Source: a virus
Virus record (IMG/VR): IMGVR_UViG_3300031565_000042
Direction: 5' to 3' (one strand)
Length of the DNA: 55,822 nt
The position numbers and the translations under genes were made by a program. Under the pieces are notes generated by a model. The model worked only from the letters and a program-made list of their open reading frames with translations, was not told where the DNA came from and did not search any database. Shown here piece after piece: positions 1-7,825 of the stretch (positions are counted from its first letter, which is position 1; each line of letters opens with the position of its first letter).

Positions 1-127
1 CTACCGGCTTGGGTAAACACAGCATAGCGCAATCATCAAGCTACCGTTTTCCTATACTGTGCCTTCAGTTTTACCATTATCGGGGCATTCAGTCGGATTT
101 GTCCATCATCTTGATTTCCCTTGCGCT
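1..127. repeat. terminal direct repeat, copy 1 (identical to 55696..55822); circular closure or assembly overlap
   Basis: Read base by base: ctaccggcttgggtaaacac...ttgatttcccttgcgct occurs at both window ends in the same orientation. Confidence 0.97.
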
Positions 128-398
128 GGGTGTACCGAGTCTGCCGATTGATGTTGTTCACGGTGTGATTCGTGACCACTTCCCGTTCATGAATAGGACA
201 GAAGATGTTTTTGATATCTGGGATCGGTCGGACACATTGCCCAAAGCAACAATGCGGGATCTTGAATCGCACTTGCGGGACAATTAACGGATTCCACATA
301 AAGCCACACATCAAGCAGCGGCCTTCCAGCGTGCTCCAATCATACCAGCCTGAACATTTGGGACAAAGATTGCCCTGTGGTTTGGTTGTGTTGTCCAT
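36..398 (-). CDS. hypothetical zinc-ribbon-like protein
   Basis: 120-aa ORF 24 nt downstream of the methyltransferase gene. N-terminal CPKCSGWYDWSTLEGRCLMCG (CxxC...CxxC). Its 3' end lies in the terminal repeat and is followed across the junction by terminator 55631..55671. Confidence 0.6.
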   Translation of the reverse strand: MDNTTKPQGNLCPKCSGWYDWSTLEGRCLMCGFMWNPLIVPQVRFKIPHCCFGQCVRPIPDIKNIFCPIHEREVVTNHTVNNINRQTRYTQRKGNQDDGQIRLNAPIMVKLKAQYRKTVA

Positions 399-421
399 CT
401 CATCCTCCGTGGTTTGAGTGT

Positions 422-1591
422 CTACAATTCAAGTGGCAGCACTTCCTGCCGCAGCCGATTCTCGGCAATGGTGAAATACTTATGGTCAAATTCAATCCCC
501 GTGAAGCCGCGGCCAAGGTTGACGCACGCCACGCCCGTGGTGGCCGATCCCATGAACGGATCCAGCACAACCCCGCCCTCTCGTGTGACCATGTTGATGA
601 GGTATTCCACGAGGGCTACGGGTTTTACCGTGGGATGATTATTTCCATCTCCTCTGCCTGCCTTGCTTGCCTTGGCTGTGTAGATTATTGATTTAAAGAA
701 ACGGGAGGCGTTGCCTGAATCGCCATTCTTTGTCATTGATTGCTTTTCACCCATCTTGAAACTCTTACCCTCAAAACCGTTATGGGCTTTGATAATATTA
801 GCGTTTAGATTACCACTCTTCGTCTCAGGAAAACACGCCCGGACTTCTTCGCTGTTGTCGTGGAGTAGGTTGGCAGGGAAGCGGCCCAAACTTGTATCTG
901 GTCTATTTGTTTCAGTCCCCTCAACTCTTTCTCCTGGTGCAAAATTGTTTCTAATTACTTTCCATTGCGGAGTTGCTGATAACCTGTCTGCTTCGCTTTG
1001 ATGTCCCACCCTATTCTCATCAATATTGATCCCACCTGTACCATACTTCAAGACATTCTCGGCTACTGTCTTTTCTGATAACGGTTTCCGTGCCATGCAG
1101 ATTGGTTCGTGGGCGGGTTTAAGGGCAGTTCCCCAGCCTTCCCATTCGGTTGTGCCTTTGGGAATATAGGTTGTTGCTTCGTAATCTCCGTATATTCCAT
1201 CTTTTGCTGCAGTCTGTTGCTTTGCTTTTGGATTTGGCATTACTACTCTCTCATTCCCCTGCAACTTATCAACAGCCTTACCAATATTCAAAGACTTAGG
1301 AAATCCCGAACCATAGACCCACTCGATCATATCTCTAATCTCAAAGCCTGCGTCTTCAATCGCGCTAGCCATGCGGTGATAGGTTCTCGTGCCCCCAAAG
1401 GATACGAGATACCCGCCAGGCTTCAACACTCGTATCATTTCTTGCCAGAACTCTACGCCAGGCACGCCTTTGTCCCAGTGCTTGCCCATGAAGGCCAAGC
1501 CGTAAGGAGGGTCCGTCACCACAGCGTCAATGCTCCCATCAGGAATGTCCTTCATTTTCTCTAAGCAATCGCCGTGAATAAGGTCAATCAT
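422..1591 (-). CDS. DNA methyltransferase, beta-class (probably N6-adenine)
   Basis: 389 aa. Catalytic motif IV DPPY near the N-terminus (AVVTDPPYG). AdoMet motif I-like VLDPFMGSATTG near the C-terminus. This motif order is typical of N6A/N4C beta-class enzymes. Confidence 0.9.
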   Translation of the reverse strand: MIDLIHGDCLEKMKDIPDGSIDAVVTDPPYGLAFMGKHWDKGVPGVEFWQEMIRVLKPGGYLVSFGGTRTYHRMASAIEDAGFEIRDMIEWVYGSGFPKSLNIGKAVDKLQGNERVVMPNPKAKQQTAAKDGIYGDYEATTYIPKGTTEWEGWGTALKPAHEPICMARKPLSEKTVAENVLKYGTGGINIDENRVGHQSEADRLSATPQWKVIRNNFAPGERVEGTETNRPDTSLGRFPANLLHDNSEEVRACFPETKSGNLNANIIKAHNGFEGKSFKMGEKQSMTKNGDSGNASRFFKSIIYTAKASKAGRGDGNNHPTVKPVALVEYLINMVTREGGVVLDPFMGSATTGVACVNLGRGFTGIEFDHKYFTIAENRLRQEVLPLEL

Positions 1592-1664
1592 CGCAAGCTA
1601 ATTTCCCATCTCAATCACTCGAAGCCTTCTCTGTACCAGTGTGAATAGCGTGTCAGCACCAGCA

Positions 1665-2354
1665 TTATTCTTTGCTCTTTTCTTGGCGTGTGTGAATTTC
1701 CAATAACAGGTGTAACAATTCCTTGAATTCATTCCAAGACAAATTGTGGATCATTTTTTCAAACAACACTCGGAATTCTTTCAACGTATCTATACTTTGT
1801 GCTGCCTCCGGTGTTGGCATATCCATCAGCTGTTCTCTTTCCAATGGTGCAATCGGCAGCAATTTCTCTTGTAACACCTTGCTTCGTGGTGCGCGCGCTC
1901 GCTTGGCTTCCTTTGGTGCATCATTTCTTGATCGTGGCCGATGGCCTTCTGCAAACGCATGAGGTTCTTGCTTTTGTCTTTCTAAATCCAGCCGTGTACC
2001 ACACCCACACAAGCAATGAGAGTAGCCAAGGATCGGATCGCTATTGACTCTATACAGTTCGGCGGCTGAAGCACTCTTGCTGTGCAGCACAAGATTTGAC
2101 AATCGTAAATTTTTTTTATCTTTTGACCGGAATCGAACAATTTCATTCCGAGTCAATGGGCGTCCAAGCTTGGTGCCAATGCAATACCGACTCACGATCA
2201 ATGGTTGAGCATGGCCACAGTAGCCGATCTCTTTTTGTTCTCCAAAATAGTAGGGACGACCACCCGTATTGATGATTTCACCAGGAGCAACAATCAGCGT
2301 GGGTTCAAGATGCCAGCCTCGGCTAGCCCAAATTGCCACCGTGTTTGGATTCAT
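1665..2354 (-). CDS. hypothetical protein with degenerate HNH-like segment
   Basis: Start chosen at the ATGA overlap with the upstream stop (2351..2354). Contains NEIVRFRSKDKKNLRLSNLVL, which is HNH-like spacing with the His positions substituted. Also contains CLCGCG...EGH, resembling the N-terminus of the HNH gene at 14084..14409. Confidence 0.5.
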   Translation of the reverse strand: MNPNTVAIWASRGWHLEPTLIVAPGEIINTGGRPYYFGEQKEIGYCGHAQPLIVSRYCIGTKLGRPLTRNEIVRFRSKDKKNLRLSNLVLHSKSASAAELYRVNSDPILGYSHCLCGCGTRLDLERQKQEPHAFAEGHRPRSRNDAPKEAKRARAPRSKVLQEKLLPIAPLEREQLMDMPTPEAAQSIDTLKEFRVLFEKMIHNLSWNEFKELLHLLLEIHTRQEKSKE

Positions 2355-2761
2355 TCGAACTTTTCCCATGGATAGAATTTCCGCATGATGGCCTTTTCTA
2401 CCTCACTGAGATTTTTCCTGATCTCTTGCTTCTGTGGCTTTGGTTTAACAGGCACGGCGACATCCCGATAGACCCCACTCCCTTTTTCACGGATTGTCCT
2501 TGACCCCACATCATTGTCCGGTTGGTTTTCCCACAGCTCATCATGTGCCGTGGCTTTCAAGCCTTCATACTGTTTTGGGATATCGAATGGAGCACATTCT
2601 TTCCACATCAATCGGCAATCATTCTCGAATAATTGCACCAAATCTGGCTCGTGTTCTCTGTACGTGTGAAATGGCCCAACGCTTCTGACGTATTGATTGC
2701 TGGGTTTCCATTCAAAAGGCGTCAACCCAAGACGGTTGCGAGTTTTGGGCGCCGTATTCAT
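2351..2761 (-). CDS. hypothetical protein
   Basis: ORF with TAATG overlap to the upstream stop at 2761. No recognisable motif. Confidence 0.65.
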   Translation of the reverse strand: MNTAPKTRNRLGLTPFEWKPSNQYVRSVGPFHTYREHEPDLVQLFENDCRLMWKECAPFDIPKQYEGLKATAHDELWENQPDNDVGSRTIREKGSGVYRDVAVPVKPKPQKQEIRKNLSEVEKAIMRKFYPWEKFE

Positions 2762-2943
2762 TATTCCCAATCATTGCCACTAGGCAAAGAATCTTTGAAC
2801 CGATTAAAATCTCCCTCAGTAATTTCATCCGTCGTTTCTGGCTCGTGCTCCTCATCCACCTCTGGAAAATCTTCCATAGATTCTTCTGGCAGAATGTCAA
2901 TGTCATACTCAATCATTCTTTTTTCATCTTTAAGTTTTTTCAC
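2761..2943 (-). CDS. hypothetical acidic protein
   Basis: 60-aa ORF. GTG start in a GTGA overlap with the upstream stop. Very acidic (EESMEDFPEVDEEHEPETTDE). Confidence 0.55.
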   Translation of the reverse strand: MKKLKDEKRMIEYDIDILPEESMEDFPEVDEEHEPETTDEITEGDFNRFKDSLPSGNDWE

Positions 2944-3149
2944 TTTTTATTTTTCTTTCTAAACTTATTTGCGTCTGGACAATCGGCAAAGTGTGCTATG
3001 CCTTCCTCTGTGTACGGGAGCAAGGAATCTCGCCTAGTCGTGACCCAATAAATCGCCTGATTGCAACCCTTGCATCGTCCTGGCCTTCCCACAATGACCA
3101 GCATTTTTTTCAATCGATCTTCCCAGTCAGGTTCCTCGGGGCCGCTCAT
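2940..3149 (-). CDS. hypothetical Cys/His small protein
   Basis: 69 aa. ATGA overlap with the upstream gene. CKGCNQAIYW...HFADCP pattern suggests a small metal-binding protein. Confidence 0.65.
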   Translation of the reverse strand: MSGPEEPDWEDRLKKMLVIVGRPGRCKGCNQAIYWVTTRRDSLLPYTEEGIAHFADCPDANKFRKKNKK

Positions 3150-3730
3150 AAGTCCATCTTCGTTTGAAGGTCTTCTTCTGTCATGTCCACACTGTCCACT
3201 TCCTCGCCTGTGTTAACGTCATAATAGATTTTCATTTTCAGATCGTAATTGAATTCCTCGATGCGTTCGACATCAATGGTAAATGTTCCTTTTTTTAAAA
3301 CATCTATCGCCTCATTCATCGTGGCTTCATACTCACTGATTTGACCATTCCAGATTTTGTCTTGCGTTTTTTTTGTGTCTTCAATGTCCCGCAAGTTGCC
3401 ATTGGCTTGGATGATTTCCTGTTCGATGGCCAATCGCTCTTCACTCGTAAATGCTTGCTCTTCCCTGCGTTGCACTCGCCTGCGTTTGGAATGTGGTTGC
3501 GGAATTGGATCTTCCACCAAGACCGCGGCGGTCTGGTCTTGTGGCTTGCTTCCTCCATCCTCAGTGGTGATTTTGTCTTCAGCATCATCTCCGCTGCTTG
3601 CTCGTCGTGCCATGTGATTTTCCCCTTTGCTGTTTGTGTGATGTGTTAATTGTCTAATCTTGAACCAGATTTCTTCCTTGGTCATCTTCTCCTGAAAAAC
3701 AAACTCATCAATGCGCAGACGATGAACCAT
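3146..3730 (-). CDS. hypothetical protein (charged, coiled-coil-like)
   Basis: 194-aa ORF in the operon frame series. No motif recognised. Confidence 0.65.
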   Translation of the reverse strand: MVHRLRIDEFVFQEKMTKEEIWFKIRQLTHHTNSKGENHMARRASSGDDAEDKITTEDGGSKPQDQTAAVLVEDPIPQPHSKRRRVQRREEQAFTSEERLAIEQEIIQANGNLRDIEDTKKTQDKIWNGQISEYEATMNEAIDVLKKGTFTIDVERIEEFNYDLKMKIYYDVNTGEEVDSVDMTEEDLQTKMDL

Positions 3731-3742
3731 TAAAGATTTTCG

Positions 3743-3946
3743 TTACTCCTTGGCAGCATCATTTTTCTTTCGTGATTTTCTTTTGTGCTTAAGTCGAATA
3801 ATCAGCGTCACTTCATATTCGGCATCGTCACGGTGCACCATGTCCTGATAACTCAAGTCCGGCACCAATTCACTATCAGTTAAAATTCTGGCAACACATT
3901 TCTCGGCTTTCTCTCCGCTCCACTCAAAGCTGATCCGTGCATTCAT
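3743..3946 (-). CDS. hypothetical protein
   Basis: Internal Met (MNARISFEW...) of track ORF 3743..4036. The longer version would run through the tRNA gene at 3995..4070. Confidence 0.5.
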   Translation of the reverse strand: MNARISFEWSGEKAEKCVARILTDSELVPDLSYQDMVHRDDAEYEVTLIIRLKHKRKSRKKNDAAKE

Positions 3947-3994
3947 GATTGATCTCTCTGTAAAAAAAAAGATAACTGCATCTGGTTTGTAAAA

Positions 3995-4070
3995 TGGTGA
4001 GGCGGCTGCGAATTGAACACAGATTACCGGAGTCAAAGTCCGGTGGATTGCCTGGTTATCCTACCGCCCC
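3995..4070 (-). tRNA. tRNA-Gln (anticodon UUG), CCA encoded
   Basis: Minus-strand read GGGGCGGTAGGATAACCAGGCAATCCACCGGACTTTGACTCCGGTAATCTGTGTTCAATTCGCAGCCGCCTCACCA folds by hand into a 76-nt cloverleaf. It has a 7-bp acceptor stem (one G-U), a 4-bp D stem with a GG loop, and a 5-bp anticodon stem with loop CU-UUG-AC. The T stem is 5 bp with loop TTCAATT. Confidence 0.85.
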
Positions 4071-4183
4071 AACTTCTCATTGCAAGAGCCATATCAACCC
4101 CATGACCGAAACCACAGCCAAAAACACGGACACCAACACCATAGAAAAACATCCTGCCAAATCTGCACTGGTCCACAGTGGAT

Positions 4184-4741
4184 TCATCGGCCTGTCCGTT
4201 TGCGAAAATCTTTGTACTGCTCAAGTTTCGTGGTGATGAGCACAATAGATTCGTTAATGATTTCAGCATGGCATTGAAACGGGTCGTACATCCTTACTTC
4301 CATTCCTGTTGTGCCGTTAATAACCTCAAAATGCGAATCCCATCCCACAATTTCTTTCCAGCCATCATTGGCCATAATATTTTGTTTTTGCATGGCATCA
4401 AAAAAGAATTTCAAGGCCAGGGCTTGAATGTTGTCTTTGTTGCGTTGTCTTCCACATTCAAAAAATCGAAAGAAAAAATAGGCGGCTTCCATGGGTTGCA
4501 AATTGGCCAATCGTAGATGCACCTGAATTTTAGTTTCCATACTGTTCTTTAAAGATTGAGCAACGGAGGTGCGTTGGTGTTTGGCCCCAACTTGCCCAGT
4601 GGCACTAGCCATGCGAAGCCATTCATTCTGACTTGGAAACAACATCGGCACAAACACTCGCTGCCTAGGAATTCCGCTGGCAATAAATTTTTCTTTACTG
4701 AGTCGTGTGTGATCTTTTATGAGTTGGTGACGTTCTGCCAT
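4184..4741 (-). CDS. rusA: RusA-like putative Holliday-junction resolvase
   Basis: 185 aa. FVPMLFPSQNEWLRMA resembles the RusA 'PPSxN' strand. RNKDNIQALALKFFFDAMQKQNIMANDGW resembles RusA DxDNxxKxxxDAL...DD. The alignment was done by eye only. Confidence 0.5.
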   Translation of the reverse strand: MAERHQLIKDHTRLSKEKFIASGIPRQRVFVPMLFPSQNEWLRMASATGQVGAKHQRTSVAQSLKNSMETKIQVHLRLANLQPMEAAYFFFRFFECGRQRNKDNIQALALKFFFDAMQKQNIMANDGWKEIVGWDSHFEVINGTTGMEVRMYDPFQCHAEIINESIVLITTKLEQYKDFRKRTGR

Positions 4742-4782
4742 ATTTCAATGCCTCCTCTTGCGTCTCCACCTGTTGCTGAAAA

Positions 4783-5391
4783 TCATTTTCCATCGGCCAT
4801 TTCTTTCTGCCTTTCATCCAAAGATTCTTCGGCCATAGCCTTAACCTGCTCTTCCAAACTTTCTTCGATCGTGCTCTGTTTGGTTTGCCCCACTTCTTCT
4901 TCCACTGCATGTGTCGGCATCTCTTTTCCTGGGTCAATTCCGACTTGAATTTTCGACGGATCAACCAGGTCATCCATCGGCAGTTGGTAGGGTAAAAACC
5001 ATCGAACAATGAGGGTGAGTTGTAGGCCGGTTCCATCGAATCGCCAGGTCATTCGATTGCGCCACATGAAGAGAGAAAGGTTGTGCCAAATCGGGGTATT
5101 TGTATCTATGAAAACCACACAAATATCGACAGCTTTTAGCTCGGCATCGTAGGAAATATTCAAGTTTTTTGGGTGAAGGTCACGCCGCGCTATTGGTCCC
5201 AGTGTTCTCAGTAGTTCCCTACCCACTGGGGAATCCAAGAAGAACTTCACTAGGGCTGCATCTTCTGGGCTGATACTGGTCTTCTCTTGTCTCACTGGGT
5301 CTGGGATGGGTGGAGTAGAGTCTTTCAAGTGATCCATGAGTGTTTTGCCTTTCTTTGGTGTTTTTTTGCCATGTTTTCGAATTCTGAACAT
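4783..5391 (-). CDS. hypothetical protein
   Basis: 202-aa ORF. No motif recognised. Confidence 0.65.
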   Translation of the reverse strand: MFRIRKHGKKTPKKGKTLMDHLKDSTPPIPDPVRQEKTSISPEDAALVKFFLDSPVGRELLRTLGPIARRDLHPKNLNISYDAELKAVDICVVFIDTNTPIWHNLSLFMWRNRMTWRFDGTGLQLTLIVRWFLPYQLPMDDLVDPSKIQVGIDPGKEMPTHAVEEEVGQTKQSTIEESLEEQVKAMAEESLDERQKEMADGK

Positions 5392-5400
5392 TTCAAGCTC

Positions 5401-5562
5401 TCACTTCATCTTTTTTGCCCCAAAATTTGAACACTTTGGCGCCAAGGTTCGATCTTTTGCCAATTCGTGGATATGGGCAATGGCTTGCGCGAGTTCGTCA
5501 AACCTCGGCCCAAAATTGGCCAAATTCTCCCCGATTTGAATTCCGGCACGGCTTCGGTGCAT
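5401..5562 (-). CDS. possible small protein (53 aa)
   Basis: Hand-translated MHRSRAGIQIGENLANFGPRFDELAQAIAHIHELAKDRTLAPKCSNFGAKKMK. It fills an otherwise empty 190-nt gap in a tightly packed operon. It is below the 60-aa ORF-track cutoff. Confidence 0.35.
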   Translation of the reverse strand: MHRSRAGIQIGENLANFGPRFDELAQAIAHIHELAKDRTLAPKCSNFGAKKMK

Positions 5563-5581
5563 AGGGTATAAGGTTATTCAT

Positions 5582-5746
5582 CTAGGGTAGTTTTGTTAGG
5601 TTATATTTTTTTGACAATGCCCACCAAATGGGAGATTTTTCGATTTTCTCCGGGTCTGTTTTTTTGATCCTTGCTAAACTTTCAAGGAAGGACATTTCTG
5701 TTTCGAAAGACATCTTTGTCCAGTCTGTTTTTTGATGCTCATTCAT
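5582..5746 (-). CDS. hypothetical small protein
   Basis: Internal Met (MNEHQKTDW...) of track ORF 5582..5836. This start gives only an 8-nt overlap with the upstream gene. Confidence 0.45.
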   Translation of the reverse strand: MNEHQKTDWTKMSFETEMSFLESLARIKKTDPEKIEKSPIWWALSKKYNLTKLP

Positions 5747-6248
5747 CGACAACGCCACTCCCAATGTTCCCAAAAATTTGTGCTGGTGTTGGCATGCGTT
5801 CTCCATCCCGACCGTACCGCTTAAAAATTTCCTCATCCTTCTCCGATGTGAATTGCGCCAGCCTGACTTTTTCTTTGTCCCAGCAATTTTTTCCAGTAGC
5901 GCGACAAGCCCGTGATTGCCTCACCATTTCGAACGCTGCACGGTTGGCCAACAATCTTTCGTGCGGATCAAGTGTGACTTTGTGGCTTTTGTGTAATCCC
6001 GCCTCCCGATCATCTTTTTCTTTTTGCAATCGCATTTCCATGGCAGCGGTGATGGCTTCACTGAAAACACCTTGAAACGGAAGCTTGCCAGGTGTGCCTC
6101 TTCCGCAAAAATGGCATGCGGCCGTAAAATCTTCACTGTGATTATGCTTGAATTCATCCCAAAATAATTCGACCTGGTACTTATTCATTTTCACCCCAAT
6201 CGCATTGATCATGTGCTTCATGGATGATTCAAATTCTTTTCTGTTCAT
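5739..6248 (-). CDS. hypothetical protein, possible helicase-loader (G39P-like)
   Basis: ATGA-coupled directly behind the DUF1376 replication gene. N-terminal KMNKYQVELFWDEFKHNHSEDFTAAC...LPFQGVFSEA resembles the G39P-type loader pattern. Assignment rests on position and a weak motif only. Confidence 0.35.
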   Translation of the reverse strand: MNRKEFESSMKHMINAIGVKMNKYQVELFWDEFKHNHSEDFTAACHFCGRGTPGKLPFQGVFSEAITAAMEMRLQKEKDDREAGLHKSHKVTLDPHERLLANRAAFEMVRQSRACRATGKNCWDKEKVRLAQFTSEKDEEIFKRYGRDGERMPTPAQIFGNIGSGVVDE

Positions 6249-6991
6249 CCGAAATAATCCTCCGTGCTAGGTTTTCTGTTGCTTGAGAATTGCCGATAGT
6301 TGTCACAACGGGTTCGCCAAGTGGCCGGCCAGTCCCTTCTCATTTCCTGTTTTTGATCTGCCCAATTTTTAAAAGCTTCAAACTCATCCACTGGATCGTG
6401 TACGCCTTTTTTAATCGCATAGGCTTGCATGGCTTCGGTCAATTCGAATCCTTCCGGCCAAAGTGTCAGAGGTTTTTGCTTGGGTTTTTTTTCAACTGAA
6501 GACTTGTCCACACCTACACCCTGGGCTTCTTTTTTAATTTTTTCGAGAAAGCTTGTATTTATATTTGAATTTGTATTTATATTTGAATTTGGATTTAAGA
6601 TTTGGATACCCTGATTTGCTAGTTTTTTGCTAGGTGGTTTGCTAGGAAGTTTGCTATGTGTTTGCTTGGCTTTTGCTAGACCACCTAACCTACCGGATTC
6701 TCTACGAATTTTGTTAATTTTGGAAACATACTTGCGTGTTTGCTCTAGCCTTTTATTCTGAAAACCTTCCACGTTTTTGATAAAAACAGGCTCAAATTTT
6801 GAAATAATTTCGTTACATTCTTCCTCAGAAATTCCATTCATTCGAACGCAAAAATGTTTCTGTTTGAGGATGCCTAAATCCCATTGATCTAGCAAAAGCC
6901 TGATGTAGGCTCCAACCTGTGCATTAGAAAAAAACCTGGTGCCAGTAAGAAAGTCTTGATAGTAAAAAGGGAAAAACGGAGGTTTGGCCAT
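6245..6991 (-). CDS. DUF1376-type replication initiation / primosome-organiser protein
   Basis: MAKPPFFPFYYQDFLTGTRFFSNAQVGAYIRLLLDQW matches the DUF1376 N-terminal signature. A low-complexity linker is encoded by the iteron region. Start set at the Met preceding this motif. Confidence 0.75.
   Translation of the reverse strand: MAKPPFFPFYYQDFLTGTRFFSNAQVGAYIRLLLDQWDLGILKQKHFCVRMNGISEEECNEIISKFEPVFIKNVEGFQNKRLEQTRKYVSKINKIRRESGRLGGLAKAKQTHSKLPSKPPSKKLANQGIQILNPNSNINTNSNINTSFLEKIKKEAQGVGVDKSSVEKKPKQKPLTLWPEGFELTEAMQAYAIKKGVHDPVDEFEAFKNWADQKQEMRRDWPATWRTRCDNYRQFSSNRKPSTEDYFG
6554..6589. repeat. perfect 18-bp tandem duplication, almost pure A+T
   Basis: tgtatttatatttgaatt at 6554..6571 and again at 6572..6589, followed by a partial third copy. 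It encodes NSNINT x2 on the minus strand. Confidence 0.95.
6615..6679. repeat. six phased 8-bp direct repeats (TTTGCTAG-type), candidate iterons
   Basis: Copies start at 6615, 6626, 6638, 6650, 6661 and 6672. Four are TTTGCTAG, one is TTTGCTAT and one is TTTGCTTG. Spacing is 11-12 bp. Confidence 0.9.
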
Positions 6992-7078
6992 CCCTGGTAT
7001 TCCTTCTGTTGGTCGGTCAATTTTTGGTGGGCTGCATGGGGATGAATAACAAAGCCAACCGATCTTGTAAATCACAAC

Positions 7079-7588
7079 TTATGCCGATTTCTCCGAGTGT
7101 TCCTCTATATTTTGTGGGTAGCTTTTTGTAAATTCATGGGCAGCCATTTTCAACTCATCCTGCTTTTTCTTCCACGCCTCAATTTGGGCTTCAGCGTCTT
7201 CCCACTTCCCCGCCAGGAATTCCATGTACGGATGTTCCTCCAAAGGTCCGGTCTGTGGAAAGCCCTTGAGACATTCCAATTTCTTTTCTTTGGTTGGCCT
7301 ACCCACGTTGGTTGTTTTCAGTTTGGGTTGTGGTGGGTTGAGGGGTTGCAAGGTATTATGGTCGACCTTCCGAGTATATTTTTGTTCTTTGTGCTCCACA
7401 TCAGTCACGGAGTCACCCACGGAACAAAAAGGATGTCCTGGCATGGTGCGATTCCCACAAAGGATGCAGTGCGAATCTTCTCCGCTTTCGTACCATAGAC
7501 CACCACACCGAATGCACTTCATGCCACCATAAGATTTTTTATTGACAAAGTAAACTGCTGTTGTATCACTCTTTTTTTTGGGGGTCAA
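7079..7588 (-). CDS. hypothetical zinc-ribbon protein
   Basis: 169 aa. MKCIRCGGLWYESGEDSHCILCG has the same CxxC-G-W/L-Y...CxxCG layout as ORF 36..398. Confidence 0.65.
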   Translation of the reverse strand: MTPKKKSDTTAVYFVNKKSYGGMKCIRCGGLWYESGEDSHCILCGNRTMPGHPFCSVGDSVTDVEHKEQKYTRKVDHNTLQPLNPPQPKLKTTNVGRPTKEKKLECLKGFPQTGPLEEHPYMEFLAGKWEDAEAQIEAWKKKQDELKMAAHEFTKSYPQNIEEHSEKSA

Positions 7589-7609
7589 AGGTTTTCAGCT
7601 TTCCCATTT

Positions 7610-7825
7610 TCAAGGCCATAAAACTGCAGTGAGCCATGCCACTAAATCCACTATGGTTAGGTTGTTGGCCATGGTTCCACGGTGCCCCTTGATGCCGAAT
7701 GTCTGTGCAGCCATCCGAGAATATTCATTCATGGATGGGAACAGTTGTGGAATGAACATCCCTTGTCGACGAATGCCACTTGAACGAAACTGTTCCTTTT
7801 CTTTTGTAGGACTTCGAATCTTCAT
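7610..7825 (-). CDS. truncated paralog of the RusA-like N-terminal segment
   Basis: Start set at the ATGA overlap (7822..7825). SSGIRRQGMFIPQLFPSMNEYSRMAAQ aligns with ASGIPRQRVFVPMLFPSQNEWLRMASA of 4184..4741. It ends after 71 aa, before the putative catalytic region. Confidence 0.55.
   Translation of the reverse strand: MKIRSPTKEKEQFRSSGIRRQGMFIPQLFPSMNEYSRMAAQTFGIKGHRGTMANNLTIVDLVAWLTAVLWP

Noticed and set aside
3743-4036. 97-aa version of the ORF, and ORFs 3994..4236+ and 4033..4269- covering the same region
   Set aside because: They overlap a well-formed tRNA-Gln cloverleaf. The shorter internal start at 3946 is compatible with the tRNA.
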